64,000 nt of DNA from an uncultured virus (IMG/VR IMGVR_UViG_3300024264_000022) (IMGVR_UViG_3300024264_000022), one strand, 5' to 3'. Shown: positions 26,844 through 36,697, numbered from the stretch's first letter. A program made the numbers and translations. The notes: generated from the sequence alone by a model not told the origin.

Positions 26844-27403
26844 TATTTTCTCTCCCAATTACCCTCGTTTGTTAAACACGCTCTTCCGAAGGATTTGAAG
26901 GCGTGTGAAGGTTGAGAATACAACCTACAATATTCTGGAGCATTCATATCTTTGTAATAGAAAGCTGCAAAGAGTTCCCAATAACCAGGTTTCTTTGCTT
27001 TCTCTAACTCTATCATTTTCTCCAGTTCTTTAATTCTTTCTTTGTCTGTTTTACCGTGTTCAGTATCAGCACATTCCATAATCTCTTCTTTGATGATAGA
27101 CTTATCATCTAATTCTCTAATGACAATCTTAATGAAACACCATTGACCGTCTCTTTCAAATCTATCTAAAACTTTTGTAGAAAGAACACCATTTGCTTCG
27201 TTGTCTTTCCATTCTTTTAGTTTCTGTTCTACCTTTTCGTGTGTATCAGATATATATACTTTGTCTACAGGTGCACTATTTACTTGCTTCTCTTCTGCAT
27301 ATGTAATTGCTTTAGGCATTATTGTTTGTGAGTATGCAATGTTTGTAAAAAATACAACTAATGCAATCATAGTCATATATAAAGTTATTCTCAAAGGTGT
27401 CAT
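26843..27403 (-). CDS. Exported protein with surface-antigen-like C-terminus
   Basis: Signal peptide; C-terminal YCR.Y...GRAC...G.W, similar to the upstream gene. Confidence 0.6.
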   Translation of the reverse strand: MTPLRITLYMTMIALVVFFTNIAYSQTIMPKAITYAEEKQVNSAPVDKVYISDTHEKVEQKLKEWKDNEANGVLSTKVLDRFERDGQWCFIKIVIRELDDKSIIKEEIMECADTEHGKTDKERIKELEKMIELEKAKKPGYWELFAAFYYKDMNAPEYCRLYSQPSHAFKSFGRACLTNEGNWERK

Positions 27404-27921
27404 TATCTTTTCTCCACCCATCTGCCATCAGGCATTTGGCATACAACTCCAAACCTTGTATCAATATCATTGTTTGCGATACCAACAACAGGCCAAGAGT
27501 TCTTAATATTAAAACTACTTTCGTACTCTTTACAGATAATAGGACCTTGTGCATAACTTCTGTTAATCTTTATAGTACCATTACTACCTGTTTTACTATT
27601 TAACCAATTACTATAACTTGCACTACCAGGACCATTGTTTAAATGGTCTACAAATACTGCATTGTGTAAATCATAATCACTATCATATAGTAATTCAGCA
27701 CCGGCAAATGCACCTACTACAGCACACGCAGCCGCCACATAAGGGTCTTGTGATAAAAGTTCTACACAAGTCATAGCACCTGTAGTACCACCGACTACTG
27801 CACCTAAATGACTTCTGTTAAATTTAAATCCTTTAGTGTTATTGACATCTTGGTGTTTTGTACTACAGGCACCAAGTGATAAACTAATTACTAAAATCAA
27901 AATTATTTTTTCTAATTTCAT
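27403..27921 (-). CDS. Glycine-zipper lipoprotein, 17-kDa surface antigen-like
   Basis: Lipobox LGAC, GAVVGG..GA zipper, W.N..TGS.G...CKEY...CQMPDGRW. Confidence 0.75.
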   Translation of the reverse strand: MKLEKIILILVISLSLGACSTKHQDVNNTKGFKFNRSHLGAVVGGTTGAMTCVELLSQDPYVAAACAVVGAFAGAELLYDSDYDLHNAVFVDHLNNGPGSASYSNWLNSKTGSNGTIKINRSYAQGPIICKEYESSFNIKNSWPVVGIANNDIDTRFGVVCQMPDGRWVEKR

Positions 27922-28090
27922 CACATACCTTTCTTTGGTTTTTACTATCAATAATACAGAAGTCTTGTGCCGTATTATCAACTACATATTTTTTTCTCAT
28001 ATCATTATCTTTCCACCAGACCTCAGCTCTCGCTGTTATAGGTCTGATTAAGAAAGTGCCGTCATTGGCAGAAGTTAGATGAAAATCCAT
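27884..28090 (-). CDS. Hypothetical protein
   Basis: Likely ATG at 28090 (MDFHLTSANDGTFLIRP). Confidence 0.5.
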   Translation of the reverse strand: MDFHLTSANDGTFLIRPITARAEVWWKDNDMRKKYVVDNTAQDFCIIDSKNQRKVCDEIRKNNFDFSN

Positions 28091-28094
28091 CTGA

Positions 28095-28340
28095 CTATTT
28101 AACTCCAAACAACGATTTAAGTTGTGCCCAATTTTGAGCAGTTTGCTGTTTTGCATTTGCCCAACTTTCAGCTTGATATTCTTTTGTCTTCTCAACTTCG
28201 TTAGTTAGAAAACTGACTACTTTGCCTGGCATTTCAACTACTGCATTACCAAACTCTTGTGGTGTTATAGTCTTTGTCTCATTCGCATTGGCACTTGATA
28301 TGCCGAATACGATTACACATAATATAAGTATTTTATTCAT
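28095..28340 (-). CDS. Hypothetical exported protein
   Basis: Signal peptide ending ANA. Confidence 0.55.
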   Translation of the reverse strand: MNKILILCVIVFGISSANANETKTITPQEFGNAVVEMPGKVVSFLTNEVEKTKEYQAESWANAKQQTAQNWAQLKSLFGVK

Positions 28341-28660
28341 ACTTTCCTTCCCATTGTTTTAATATCAGCAATGTCTACAACTTGGTAGTTACCTTTGTTG
28401 TATGCAATACTAATTGTTTTTCCTGCAGGTAATTTAGGTTTCAATACCTCTCTCTTCGTAGCACCTGCAATAATATTATTACTACAAGGTATTGAAGGTC
28501 TTACTGAATAGTCAGGAAAAGGATAACCTTTAAACTCGTTAATCACTCTACCTTGACTATCTAACTTAACTCCGATAGACTTCAACCATTTCAAATGTTT
28601 TGTTCTTGCTATCTGGTTTCGCATATCTTTAGTTAAGTAAGTCGCTTTTGTCTTTGCCAT
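28337..28660 (-). CDS. Hypothetical protein
   Basis: C-terminal IAYNKGNYQVV...MGRK motif; likely ATG at 28660. Confidence 0.6.
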   Translation of the reverse strand: MAKTKATYLTKDMRNQIARTKHLKWLKSIGVKLDSQGRVINEFKGYPFPDYSVRPSIPCSNNIIAGATKREVLKPKLPAGKTISIAYNKGNYQVVDIADIKTMGRKV

Positions 28661-28943
28661 ATTGTTTACTCTCAAATGCTTTTTGTTCTGCATAAGTTTT
28701 ACCAAACACTTTTAAATAGAAGTGGTCTCTAGGATTAGGTGCCTGATAAGCAAGTATCAAATTATCAAATTGTGTTTGTTTGATACTAATATTTCTCATA
28801 GAAGAAGGATGTTCTTTCTTCAATGATTTCATTTCTTTTAGAAACTTAATACGATTGTCGTATATTTCTTTCTTGCCTTTTTTGTCTTTGATTGTCGCCG
28901 TCTTAAATTCACTAAACATCATTTCTTGTGTGTATGTAAACAT
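28629..28943 (-). CDS. Hypothetical early protein
   Basis: GGAGGA SD; promoter TTGACA-17-TACTAT at 29005-28977. Confidence 0.6.
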   Translation of the reverse strand: MFTYTQEMMFSEFKTATIKDKKGKKEIYDNRIKFLKEMKSLKKEHPSSMRNISIKQTQFDNLILAYQAPNPRDHFYLKVFGKTYAEQKAFESKQYGKDKSDLLN

Positions 28944-29114
28944 AATTAAGTCCTCCCATTTTCATTAATTGATATAATAGTATCACAAACCTGATTAGTT
29001 GTCAAGCTGCCAATAAACCCATATTTTACACTAAATTTAGGAAAAACGAGGGGCCTAGAGGGCGCTGTAGAGGGTTTGGGATAGTCCCGTGTATGATTGC
29101 TCATTGGGATTTTA

Positions 29115-29354
29115 CTACTTTTTTGCACTTTTCTTCTTCTTCTTATTTCCAGTCAAGTAATGTACTTGCTGTTTCTTTTTAAATTTAAGAGGTAATTCCA
29201 TCTGACTATTCTTTTCAGATTTTCTAATATAACTCTTAATATTGTTCATTAAGTTCTTACATATCTTTCTACAAGATGATAACTCAATGAGCATATAAAC
29301 CATACCGCCTCCTACAATAGAAAGTAATATAATTGTAAACATAGCGTCTTGCAT
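29115..29354 (-). CDS. Hypothetical membrane protein
   Basis: N-terminal TM, basic tail, AAGGAG SD. Confidence 0.55.
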   Translation of the reverse strand: MQDAMFTIILLSIVGGGMVYMLIELSSCRKICKNLMNNIKSYIRKSEKNSQMELPLKFKKKQQVHYLTGNKKKKKSAKK

Positions 29355-29363
29355 ATTGTCTCC

Positions 29364-29576
29364 TTATCTTATATCGTCAAAAGGATCATTTGCTAAATCT
29401 CCTAATGGCATTTTGTTAGTGTCTTTTGGTGCATATTCAGCTTCAAAGTCTGCGACTTCTTTTTCTCTATATGCAATACCTTCATCAACCTTCTTAATGG
29501 CCATTGGTACATTGCCACTTTGAAGTTGGTCTTTGATTTCTTTTAGTTCTTCAATGACCGTCATTACATCAATCAT
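29364..29576 (-). CDS. Hypothetical protein
   Basis: ORF in a tightly packed early cluster. Confidence 0.55.
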   Translation of the reverse strand: MIDVMTVIEELKEIKDQLQSGNVPMAIKKVDEGIAYREKEVADFEAEYAPKDTNKMPLGDLANDPFDDIR

Positions 29577-29581
29577 TTTTT

Positions 29582-29872
29582 CTACTTACCCTCTTTGCTA
29601 TCGTTTTCTAAATTGATACTAATATCTATATCACTTTTTTCTTTCTCGGTCAGGTTGTCTTCAATCTGACTAAAATAACACCAGTGTGTTCCTGTCTCTC
29701 CTGAATAGGTAACAGCACCTGTATAGTTTAACTCGGTGTCATATGTTTGAGCATTCAAACTTGTATCGTTCTCAGCTGCAATATCAGTTTTTTCTGTTGC
29801 GATACCGATATTAATTATCTCGCCTATTCTTCCGTGATTACCTTTGATAGTATCTCCTACATTAATTATCAT
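29582..29872 (-). CDS. Hypothetical protein, possible SH3-like beta domain
   Basis: INVGDTIK...GEI; AGGAGGA SD. Confidence 0.55.
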   Translation of the reverse strand: MIINVGDTIKGNHGRIGEIINIGIATEKTDIAAENDTSLNAQTYDTELNYTGAVTYSGETGTHWCYFSQIEDNLTEKEKSDIDISINLENDSKEGK

Positions 29873-30290
29873 TCTTATATCCTCCTACTAGTTTATTCAA
29901 ATGTTTATGTTCATATTGTTGTGTTAACTTTGGTGCAAAATCATATTTAAAGAATTGTCTACCATTCCATAGTTGACCATAATCGTTAAATAGAGCGTTG
30001 TCTCTTGTAATGGCAACATCTTCACCAAATACATCTTCGTAAGTTTCATAATACTTGTCGCCGTGTATCATTTCAACTTTACTGCTACCTGTAGCGTTTA
30101 TAGCACTTTCTGTATAATGCTTATCGCAATAGGTTTTAATTCTTTTTTGAAATTCTTTGTTGTTTAGTCTGTTCAACTGACTTAAAGGAACATTTCTAAA
30201 GATAGTGTGATAGATGTAGAAGTATTCCATATCTTCTTCATCATAGTATTCAATACCGTAAACTAAATTTAAACTAGAACCTTTTGTCAT
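29862..30290 (-). CDS. Hypothetical protein
   Basis: ORF with AAAGG SD. Confidence 0.55.
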   Translation of the reverse strand: MTKGSSLNLVYGIEYYDEEDMEYFYIYHTIFRNVPLSQLNRLNNKEFQKRIKTYCDKHYTESAINATGSSKVEMIHGDKYYETYEDVFGEDVAITRDNALFNDYGQLWNGRQFFKYDFAPKLTQQYEHKHLNKLVGGYKNDN

Positions 30291-30363
30291 TATGATAGTA
30301 CCTTTCTCAATAGTATTATTATAGTCATCATTGTAAACATCATTATAAAAAAACTAGTAATCA

Positions 30364-30570
30364 TTAAGTCAACCTCACCAAGATTACTACTTGTAAAACT
30401 AAAATTGCAACTGGCACTATAGTTCTAATAAATTCCATAGTGTGATTGTATTCGTCTAGTTTTCTCTCAAACTTATTTCTTGTTTGTTTGTTTTTTATGA
30501 TTAACTCTTCTTCTCTCAACTTATTATATTTGTCAATATCTGACATTGCTTTATCTGATAATTCTGTCAT
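30364..30570 (-). CDS. Hypothetical protein with C-terminal TM
   Basis: Hydrophobic C-terminus; coupled to the upstream ORF. Confidence 0.5.
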   Translation of the reverse strand: MTELSDKAMSDIDKYNKLREEELIIKNKQTRNKFERKLDEYNHTMEFIRTIVPVAILVLQVVILVRLT

Positions 30571-30758
30571 TAAGCAGTCTCCGAAGTTATTACTTCATCA
30601 ACATTGTATTCATCAATTGAACACAGGTCAATATTGTCTGTCTTTAAGATTTCAGACTTGCAAGTATCATAGTCAATCTGACCATCTTTCAATTTCTCAA
30701 TAATCTTATCAACTGCTTTTTCAGCTTCGTCCCAATAATAGTTCATTACTTTACTCAT
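30570..30758 (-). CDS. Hypothetical early protein
   Basis: AAGGAG SD; follows the promoter at 30852-30811. Confidence 0.6.
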   Translation of the reverse strand: MSKVMNYYWDEAEKAVDKIIEKLKDGQIDYDTCKSEILKTDNIDLCSIDEYNVDEVITSETA

Positions 30759-30810
30759 AGTGTGTGTCTCCTTTGTTATTTAATTGTTCTTTTGTCTTAT
30801 TCATACTCAT

Positions 30811-30852
30811 ATAATACATCATTTCGCAATCATTGTCAAGCAAAAAACGAGC
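30811..30852 (-). promoter_or_regulatory. Early promoter with extended upstream motif
   Basis: GCTCGTTTTTTGCTTGACA-17 bp-TATTAT. Confidence 0.75.
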
Positions 30853-30858
30853 ATATTA

Positions 30859-31101
30859 TTAAAATAAATACCCTAATTTATAACATATTCCAACGATTGA
30901 AACGATAGAAAGTGTCAAATTTGTGATTATTAAGGATAGTTCTTTCCATAAGATACCTACGATACACCAGATTAACCCTCCTAGCACCATTACTAGAGGG
31001 CCTAAGGGGTATATTCCAAGTGAATTAATACCTGTTCCAAGTATCAAAATGAAGGTTCCTAACCATTTAAGTGTGTTTTGTATAGTGTGTTTTTTCATCA
31101 T
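30859..31101 (-). CDS. Small three-TM membrane protein (DUF6552-like)
   Basis: KW.GT...G...YP......G...W..VG.LWKE.SLI..N; ATG just below TTGACA-17-TATTAT (31136-31108). Confidence 0.6.
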   Translation of the reverse strand: MMKKHTIQNTLKWLGTFILILGTGINSLGIYPLGPLVMVLGGLIWCIVGILWKELSLIITNLTLSIVSIVGICYKLGYLF

Positions 31102-31184
31102 ATATACATAATACCATACTTTTAGCAGTATGTCAAGCACTATTTTGGTTATTTTTGAAGTTTTTTTGTTGATTTTACTGACTT

Positions 31185-31430
31185 TTAGATAAGCCAGTTG
31201 TACATTGCTCTCATTGATAGTAGTAAATACATCAATTCCATCAATGCTCTAGGATAATCTTTATCTTTATATCCCCAATAGACCCACATTATACACGCTA
31301 CGATTGATAATAACCAACCTATCCATTGTGTGTCTATATTTGCTTCTGATAAGATGAATACGGAAGAAACTGCAATTGCAAGTCCTATCCATCGTTCTTT
31401 ATTTCTGATTTTTGTCCATATATTGGTCAT
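31185..31430 (-). CDS. Small three-TM membrane protein (PnuC-like half)
   Basis: W.G......GW.......W.YW....D....M...Y......YNW. Confidence 0.55.
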   Translation of the reverse strand: MTNIWTKIRNKERWIGLAIAVSSVFILSEANIDTQWIGWLLSIVACIMWVYWGYKDKDYPRALMELMYLLLSMRAMYNWLI

Positions 31431-31977
31431 AGCCACCCCTCAATATAAAATAACTATCTACTATGTCGGTAACAGGATTTTTGAGAGTTTGTTGGTCTAA
31501 ATGTTCCATAAGATTTACACCTGTTTCCTCGTAAAACTTATCGTACATTTTCTCTTTGTCTGCGTTTCCTTTACCTGTGGCAAGTTTCTTTACTACACTA
31601 GGTACTACGGTATCAAACTTGATACCTTTCTTATATAACTTATGTTTTAATAAACCACAATTTTCTGCTAGATTGAATACTCTTCCTTTACTACCAAATG
31701 AGTAATCTTCTATAAACACTCTAGGATTTATTGTGTGTCCTATACAATTATTGAATACCCATTCACTAATTTTATCGTGTCGTTCTTGTTCATTATTCCA
31801 TTTAGGCATAAGATGTCCTATTATCTTACCATCTAAAAATACACCTTCGTATTTCTTAACGGTTGTTAAGTAGTAAAACTTACAATTCTCTAATGGGTTG
31901 TCTACTAATGGTCGTTCATCAACAACACATACAGCAGGACAAGTTAATGAGTAATCAATTCCAAGTATCTTCGTCAT
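31399..31977 (-). CDS. RuvC-like nuclease / Holliday junction resolvase
   Basis: ILGIDYS, FIEDY, VKK.ATGKGNADK, DIVDSY. Confidence 0.82.
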   Translation of the reverse strand: MTKILGIDYSLTCPAVCVVDERPLVDNPLENCKFYYLTTVKKYEGVFLDGKIIGHLMPKWNNEQERHDKISEWVFNNCIGHTINPRVFIEDYSFGSKGRVFNLAENCGLLKHKLYKKGIKFDTVVPSVVKKLATGKGNADKEKMYDKFYEETGVNLMEHLDQQTLKNPVTDIVDSYFILRGGYDQYMDKNQK

Positions 31978-32125
31978 CTGTGGTATCCTCTGTTAAAACA
32001 TCTTCTTCAGGTTCGTCTATTGAGCCTCCACAAAACGGACAAGTTATTGGTTCCAGTTCGTCATTTTTCCACGATATTGTAAACTCCTCTTCGCAATGAG
32101 GACATTCGTATTTTGATTTTTCCAT
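31955..32125 (-). CDS. Small zinc-ribbon protein (56 aa)
   Basis: Own translation MEKSKYECPHCEEEF...ITCPFCGG plus acidic tail. Confidence 0.7.
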   Translation of the reverse strand: MEKSKYECPHCEEEFTISWKNDELEPITCPFCGGSIDEPEEDVLTEDTTDDEDTWN

Positions 32126-33228
32126 TATAATTTAAATTTCTTAAACTGGTCTTTTTCAACATCTTGTTTGATACCACCGATAACATAACTTTCTATTTCT
32201 GTCTCTTGTGGTGCGTTTTGTAAACTTCTGCTGTTAAACCAATGTTCAGTCCACGGTAAAGGATTAGCATTACCTTGTTCATAGATTGGTTTAATACCAA
32301 TTGCTTTCATTCTTTTGTTTGCTGTCCATTCTACATAATTGTGTAATAACTTTTCAGAAAGTCCTACCATAGAACCTTTTGAGAATAGATATGTTGCCCA
32401 ACGCTTCTCTTCTTCTACTGCGTCTTTGTACATTTGTTCAACAAACTTTTCATTATTTTTTATAACCTTATTCATAACCTTATCGTTTTCAGGACCACGA
32501 TAGTTATTAATAATTCTTTGTGATACGGCAAGGTGTTGTGATTCGTCTCTAGCAATAAAAGAGATAATCTTTGCACTACCTTCCATAAGTTTTAATTCAC
32601 CAAATGCAAAACTACAAGCAAAAGAAACATAAAATCTTAAACCTTCTAATATGTTTACGGTTACAAGTGTTCTCCATAGTTTTTCTTTTAAATCGTACTC
32701 ATCAACTTTATTACCTAATTGATGTTTCATACCTGTATGGATAAAGTCATCATAGGCATTGGTTACTGATTTACTTCTTCGTTCAATCTTTTCATCTGTT
32801 ATAATAGTATCAAATATTTCTGCTGGGTCTGAATACAAATTCTTAATAATGTATGTATAACTTCTACTATGTATTGTCTCCATAAAGTCCCAGGTTACGA
32901 TACAGCCTTCTAGTTCTGGTAATGATACAAAAGGTAAAAACGCAAGACACGGACCTCTACCTTGTACACTATCTAACATAGTTTGATATTTTAGATTAGA
33001 TGTAAAGATAAACTTCTGTTCTGGTCTTAATGCTGACCAATCAGACCTGTCTTTCTGCAAAGATACTTCTTCTGGTCTCCAGAAAAAACCTAATTGTTGT
33101 TGTGTAAGTTTATCAAAGATTGGATACTTCATATTATCATATCTTTGAACCTGTAGTTCCTCACCAAAAAACATAGGTTGTTTAGTGTAGTCTATTGATT
33201 TTCCTTTATTGAATACCGTATTGCTCAA
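32125..33228 (-). CDS. nrdB: Ribonucleotide reductase class Ia beta subunit
   Basis: FFWRPEEV, ETIHSRSY, LEGLRFYVSFAC, RDESQH, APQETE. Confidence 0.96.
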   Translation of the reverse strand: MSNTVFNKGKSIDYTKQPMFFGEELQVQRYDNMKYPIFDKLTQQQLGFFWRPEEVSLQKDRSDWSALRPEQKFIFTSNLKYQTMLDSVQGRGPCLAFLPFVSLPELEGCIVTWDFMETIHSRSYTYIIKNLYSDPAEIFDTIITDEKIERRSKSVTNAYDDFIHTGMKHQLGNKVDEYDLKEKLWRTLVTVNILEGLRFYVSFACSFAFGELKLMEGSAKIISFIARDESQHLAVSQRIINNYRGPENDKVMNKVIKNNEKFVEQMYKDAVEEEKRWATYLFSKGSMVGLSEKLLHNYVEWTANKRMKAIGIKPIYEQGNANPLPWTEHWFNSRSLQNAPQETEIESYVIGGIKQDVEKDQFKKFKL

Positions 33229-33246
33229 TTTTATTTCCTCTTATTA

Positions 33247-35613
33247 TTAAATATTACAAGCTTCACATTCACCGTCATCTTCTACGACAGGAACTGAAAC
33301 TTCTGTTTGCGTGTCTTGTAGCACATTCTTCTTTTGGTCTGGTTGAAGATTAACACTACCTACGATTTGTTCATCATAAGTCATAGGGTGCATAGGTTCA
33401 TCTTCTTTCTTACCGTCATAAGTGTTTTGATAGTAAGATGTTTTCCAACCATACTTATATGTATTTAACAAGTCTTGTGCCATTGTAGATACAGGGACTT
33501 GGTTATCTTCAAAAAGTTCTGGATTGTATGACCAGTTACCTGATATACCTTGGTCAAAATACTTCTGCATTACTGCAACGATATTTATATAACCTTCATT
33601 ACTCTTCATATCCCATAATAAAGTATAGTTATTCTTTAGTCTTGCATAGTCGGGTACAACTTGTTTCAATGTACCTTTCTTACTCTTCTTAACTGATAGA
33701 TAATCTCTAGGTGGTTCAATGCCGTTTGTAGCATTGGAAACCACACTAGATGATTCAGAAGGCATTTGAGCGGAGAGAGTGCTGTGTCTTAGCCCGTATT
33801 GCATAATATCTTTTCTTAATGCTTCCCAATCAAAGCTGAGTTTACGATTTACAATCTCATCAACTTCTTTTTTGTAAGTATCAATAGGTAAGATACCATC
33901 TGAATATTTTGTCCTGTCAAAGTAATCACACTTTGTTTTTTCTTTTGCAATTTCATTACTTGCTTTCAACAGGTAGTATTGGAAACTTTCTGTTAGTTTA
34001 TCAACTTCTTTCCACGCCATCTTTTGGTCATAATTAAAACCTTTCTTCGCTAGATAGTGTGCAAGTCCGATATAACCAATACCTAAACTTCTTCGTGCCT
34101 TTGTAGAGATTTCAGCAGCTCTTACTGGATACTTCTGATGGTCTATAATCTCTTCTAATGCTCTTACTGATAAGTCGCATAAACTTTCTAACTCATCTAA
34201 ATTCTTTAATAGTCCAACATTAATTGCACTTAAAATACATAATGCAATCTCACCATCACCATCTATATGTTCAATAGGGTCTGTAGGTAATGTAATTTCT
34301 TGGCATAGATTAGACATATTAACTTTGTCTTTAAAAGAAGAGTGAGAATTTGCGTGGTCAATATTCATAATGTACATACGACCAGTTTCTGCTCTTTCTT
34401 TTAATAAGTCCATAAACAATTTTTGTGTACTTATTTTCTTTCTATAAATCTTTGTGTCTTTCTCATACTTCTTGTACAACTCATCAAACTCTGGTGTACC
34501 GAAAGCGTCATAAAGACCTGGCGTTTCGTGTGGAGAGAATAATGTCATTTCTTCATCATTAATAAATCTCTCATAAAATAGTTTTGATAGTTGAATTGAA
34601 TAATCTAGTTTTCTAACTCTATTATCTTCACTACCTTTGTTGTTCTTTAAAACAATAATATCTTCTATCTCTTTATGCCAGATAGGAAAGTGTACCGTAG
34701 CACAACCACCTCTTACACCGTTTTGTGTACAAGATTTTACGGTTGCTTCAAACTTCTTTAAGAAAGGAACAACACCTGTATGTGCAACTTCACCACCTCT
34801 AATTCTACTATTGATACCTCTAATACGACCTGCATTGATACCTATACCTGCTCTTTGTGCTGTGTAATAACCAATCGCTGTATCACTGCTAAAGATACTA
34901 GGAAGACTATCTGCGACATCTACAAGTACACAACTAGCATATTGTTTCATAGGGGTTCTAACACCCGCCATAACAGGTGTAGGAATGTTTATCTTAAATT
35001 GTGAGATAGCATTGTAATACTTTTTAATGTATGATAATCTTTTGTTTTTAGGATACTTCGCAAAGATTGTAGCCGCAATCATCATATACATAAATTGTGG
35101 TGTCTCAAAGATTGCACCACTACTTCTGTCTTGTACAAGATACTTATCCATAACTTGTCTTAATCCTGCATAGGTAAAACTATAATCTCTATCGTGGTCA
35201 ATCATAGTATTCATTCTATCAAAGTCACCTTCTTCATATTGTTTTAAAATGTCTGCGTCATAGACACCTAAATCTACACACTTCTTTGTGTGAGCAAACA
35301 AATGAGGATGGTCCCATAGTTTACCATTGATACTTTTTCTTAAACTATAAAGAAGAAGTCTACTTGCAACATATTGATAGTTTGGATATTCTAATGAGAT
35401 TAAGTCTGAAGCAGACCTAATTAAAATCTGTTGTATTTGGTCTGTAGGAATATTATCGTAAAATTGTAAACCACTATTCATTTCAACTTGACTTGATGAA
35501 ACTCCTTTTATATCTTCACAAGCATATTCTACCATATCGTGTATCTTGTCAATATTCAAAGGCTCTTGTCCACGCCCATTTCTTTTTATAACATTAATTT
35601 GTGTTTCAGTCAT
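33247..35613 (-). CDS. nrdA: Ribonucleotide reductase class Ia alpha subunit
   Basis: ATP cone, PTPVM, SCVL, SNLCQEI, C-terminal CEAC. Confidence 0.97.
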   Translation of the reverse strand: MTETQINVIKRNGRGQEPLNIDKIHDMVEYACEDIKGVSSSQVEMNSGLQFYDNIPTDQIQQILIRSASDLISLEYPNYQYVASRLLLYSLRKSINGKLWDHPHLFAHTKKCVDLGVYDADILKQYEEGDFDRMNTMIDHDRDYSFTYAGLRQVMDKYLVQDRSSGAIFETPQFMYMMIAATIFAKYPKNKRLSYIKKYYNAISQFKINIPTPVMAGVRTPMKQYASCVLVDVADSLPSIFSSDTAIGYYTAQRAGIGINAGRIRGINSRIRGGEVAHTGVVPFLKKFEATVKSCTQNGVRGGCATVHFPIWHKEIEDIIVLKNNKGSEDNRVRKLDYSIQLSKLFYERFINDEEMTLFSPHETPGLYDAFGTPEFDELYKKYEKDTKIYRKKISTQKLFMDLLKERAETGRMYIMNIDHANSHSSFKDKVNMSNLCQEITLPTDPIEHIDGDGEIALCILSAINVGLLKNLDELESLCDLSVRALEEIIDHQKYPVRAAEISTKARRSLGIGYIGLAHYLAKKGFNYDQKMAWKEVDKLTESFQYYLLKASNEIAKEKTKCDYFDRTKYSDGILPIDTYKKEVDEIVNRKLSFDWEALRKDIMQYGLRHSTLSAQMPSESSSVVSNATNGIEPPRDYLSVKKSKKGTLKQVVPDYARLKNNYTLLWDMKSNEGYINIVAVMQKYFDQGISGNWSYNPELFEDNQVPVSTMAQDLLNTYKYGWKTSYYQNTYDGKKEDEPMHPMTYDEQIVGSVNLQPDQKKNVLQDTQTEVSVPVVEDDGECEACNI

Positions 35614-35625
35614 CTATTTCTCCTA

Positions 35626-36636
35626 CTATGCTTTTCTATAATTTGTTAAAACTTGTTTCGCTGATAATTTTGAATATGTGTTGATACTTATAATCTCTTG
35701 TAGTTGTACTTTAGATACACCTGTCATAATTAAGTCATTAACATCTTTGAGTTGTATATCTTCTGGCCAAATAAAAATGTTGTAACCTAATTCAATTATC
35801 TTTTCCATTCGTTTAATTATTTCTTTGTTTCTTGGTTCGTTATCAAATATATATGTCACCTTTTCAGGATTATATTTACTATCTAGCGTCAAATCAGCGC
35901 CGCCGGCTGCAATACTATTATCAATAAACAAACTATCAATAGGACCTTCTACAACATAAATGTGTTGTGCAAAGTTTACTCTTTCTAATCCGTATATCTT
36001 ATCTTTGTCTTCGTCTAACTTAATGGTTACATACTTTGGTGTCTCTTTACCAAAGGCACGACCTTGATAGGCGAATACTTTACCGTCTGTATCATAGAAC
36101 GGTATCACTAGTCTTGGATGGTCATACTTACTAGTGTTGTATTTACGAGGTGCGATTTTGTGTGCCCACTCGTAAAACTTATGACATAAGAAAAGTTTGT
36201 CAAAATACTTTTCAGGTATCATTCTCTTCTCCACATACTCTCGTACTGGATGTTTGTCTTCTAAATTTGATATTGCCGTAAGTTCAGATATATAGTCATT
36301 CTCTATCTTCAACTTCGGTTTAAAATCAAACTTAAACTCTGGTTTTGGTGTCGCTGGTGCGTCCGACTTATATCTTTCTAATAGATATTTTTCATAGACT
36401 TTTGGGTCTATGTGTTTTAGAAAGTTAGCGAGGTTCTGACCCATACCACAATTGTGGCATTTGAAAAACATATCGTTTTTCTTACGGTAGAAATAACCTC
36501 TGGACTTTAGTTTGGACTTTTGACTATCACCACAATGTGGACATCTAAAGTTAAATAGATAGTCACCTTTTTTCTTAAAATGACCTAGTCGGGCCGAGAT
36601 TTCGTTGATGAATTTTAAATCTGTATAACTTGACAT
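35626..36636 (-). CDS. gp61: DNA primase
   Basis: CPHCGDS...CHNC zinc finger, VEGPIDS and FDNEPRN TOPRIM; promoter TTGACA-17-TATGAT at 36693-36665. Confidence 0.95.
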   Translation of the reverse strand: MSSYTDLKFINEISARLGHFKKKGDYLFNFRCPHCGDSQKSKLKSRGYFYRKKNDMFFKCHNCGMGQNLANFLKHIDPKVYEKYLLERYKSDAPATPKPEFKFDFKPKLKIENDYISELTAISNLEDKHPVREYVEKRMIPEKYFDKLFLCHKFYEWAHKIAPRKYNTSKYDHPRLVIPFYDTDGKVFAYQGRAFGKETPKYVTIKLDEDKDKIYGLERVNFAQHIYVVEGPIDSLFIDNSIAAGGADLTLDSKYNPEKVTYIFDNEPRNKEIIKRMEKIIELGYNIFIWPEDIQLKDVNDLIMTGVSKVQLQEIISINTYSKLSAKQVLTNYRKA

Positions 36637-36697
36637 TTAGCACTCTTTAATTAATATAGTACACATCATACTATATCTTATGCTATTTGTCAAGCAC

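Noticed and set aside
28946..29128. 60-aa minus-strand ORF
   Set aside because: It spans a promoter and a GC-rich element, has atypical Pro/Ser composition and no clear SD.
33582..33589. TATAAATA inside nrdA (also 23432-23439 inside rnh and 2428-2435 abutting mazG)
   Set aside because: An all-AT octamer is expected by chance here and the positions are not clearly promoter-like.
32125..35613. Introns or inteins in nrdA/nrdB (also gp41, uvsX)
   Set aside because: ORFs are continuous and of normal length with no visible splicing motifs.
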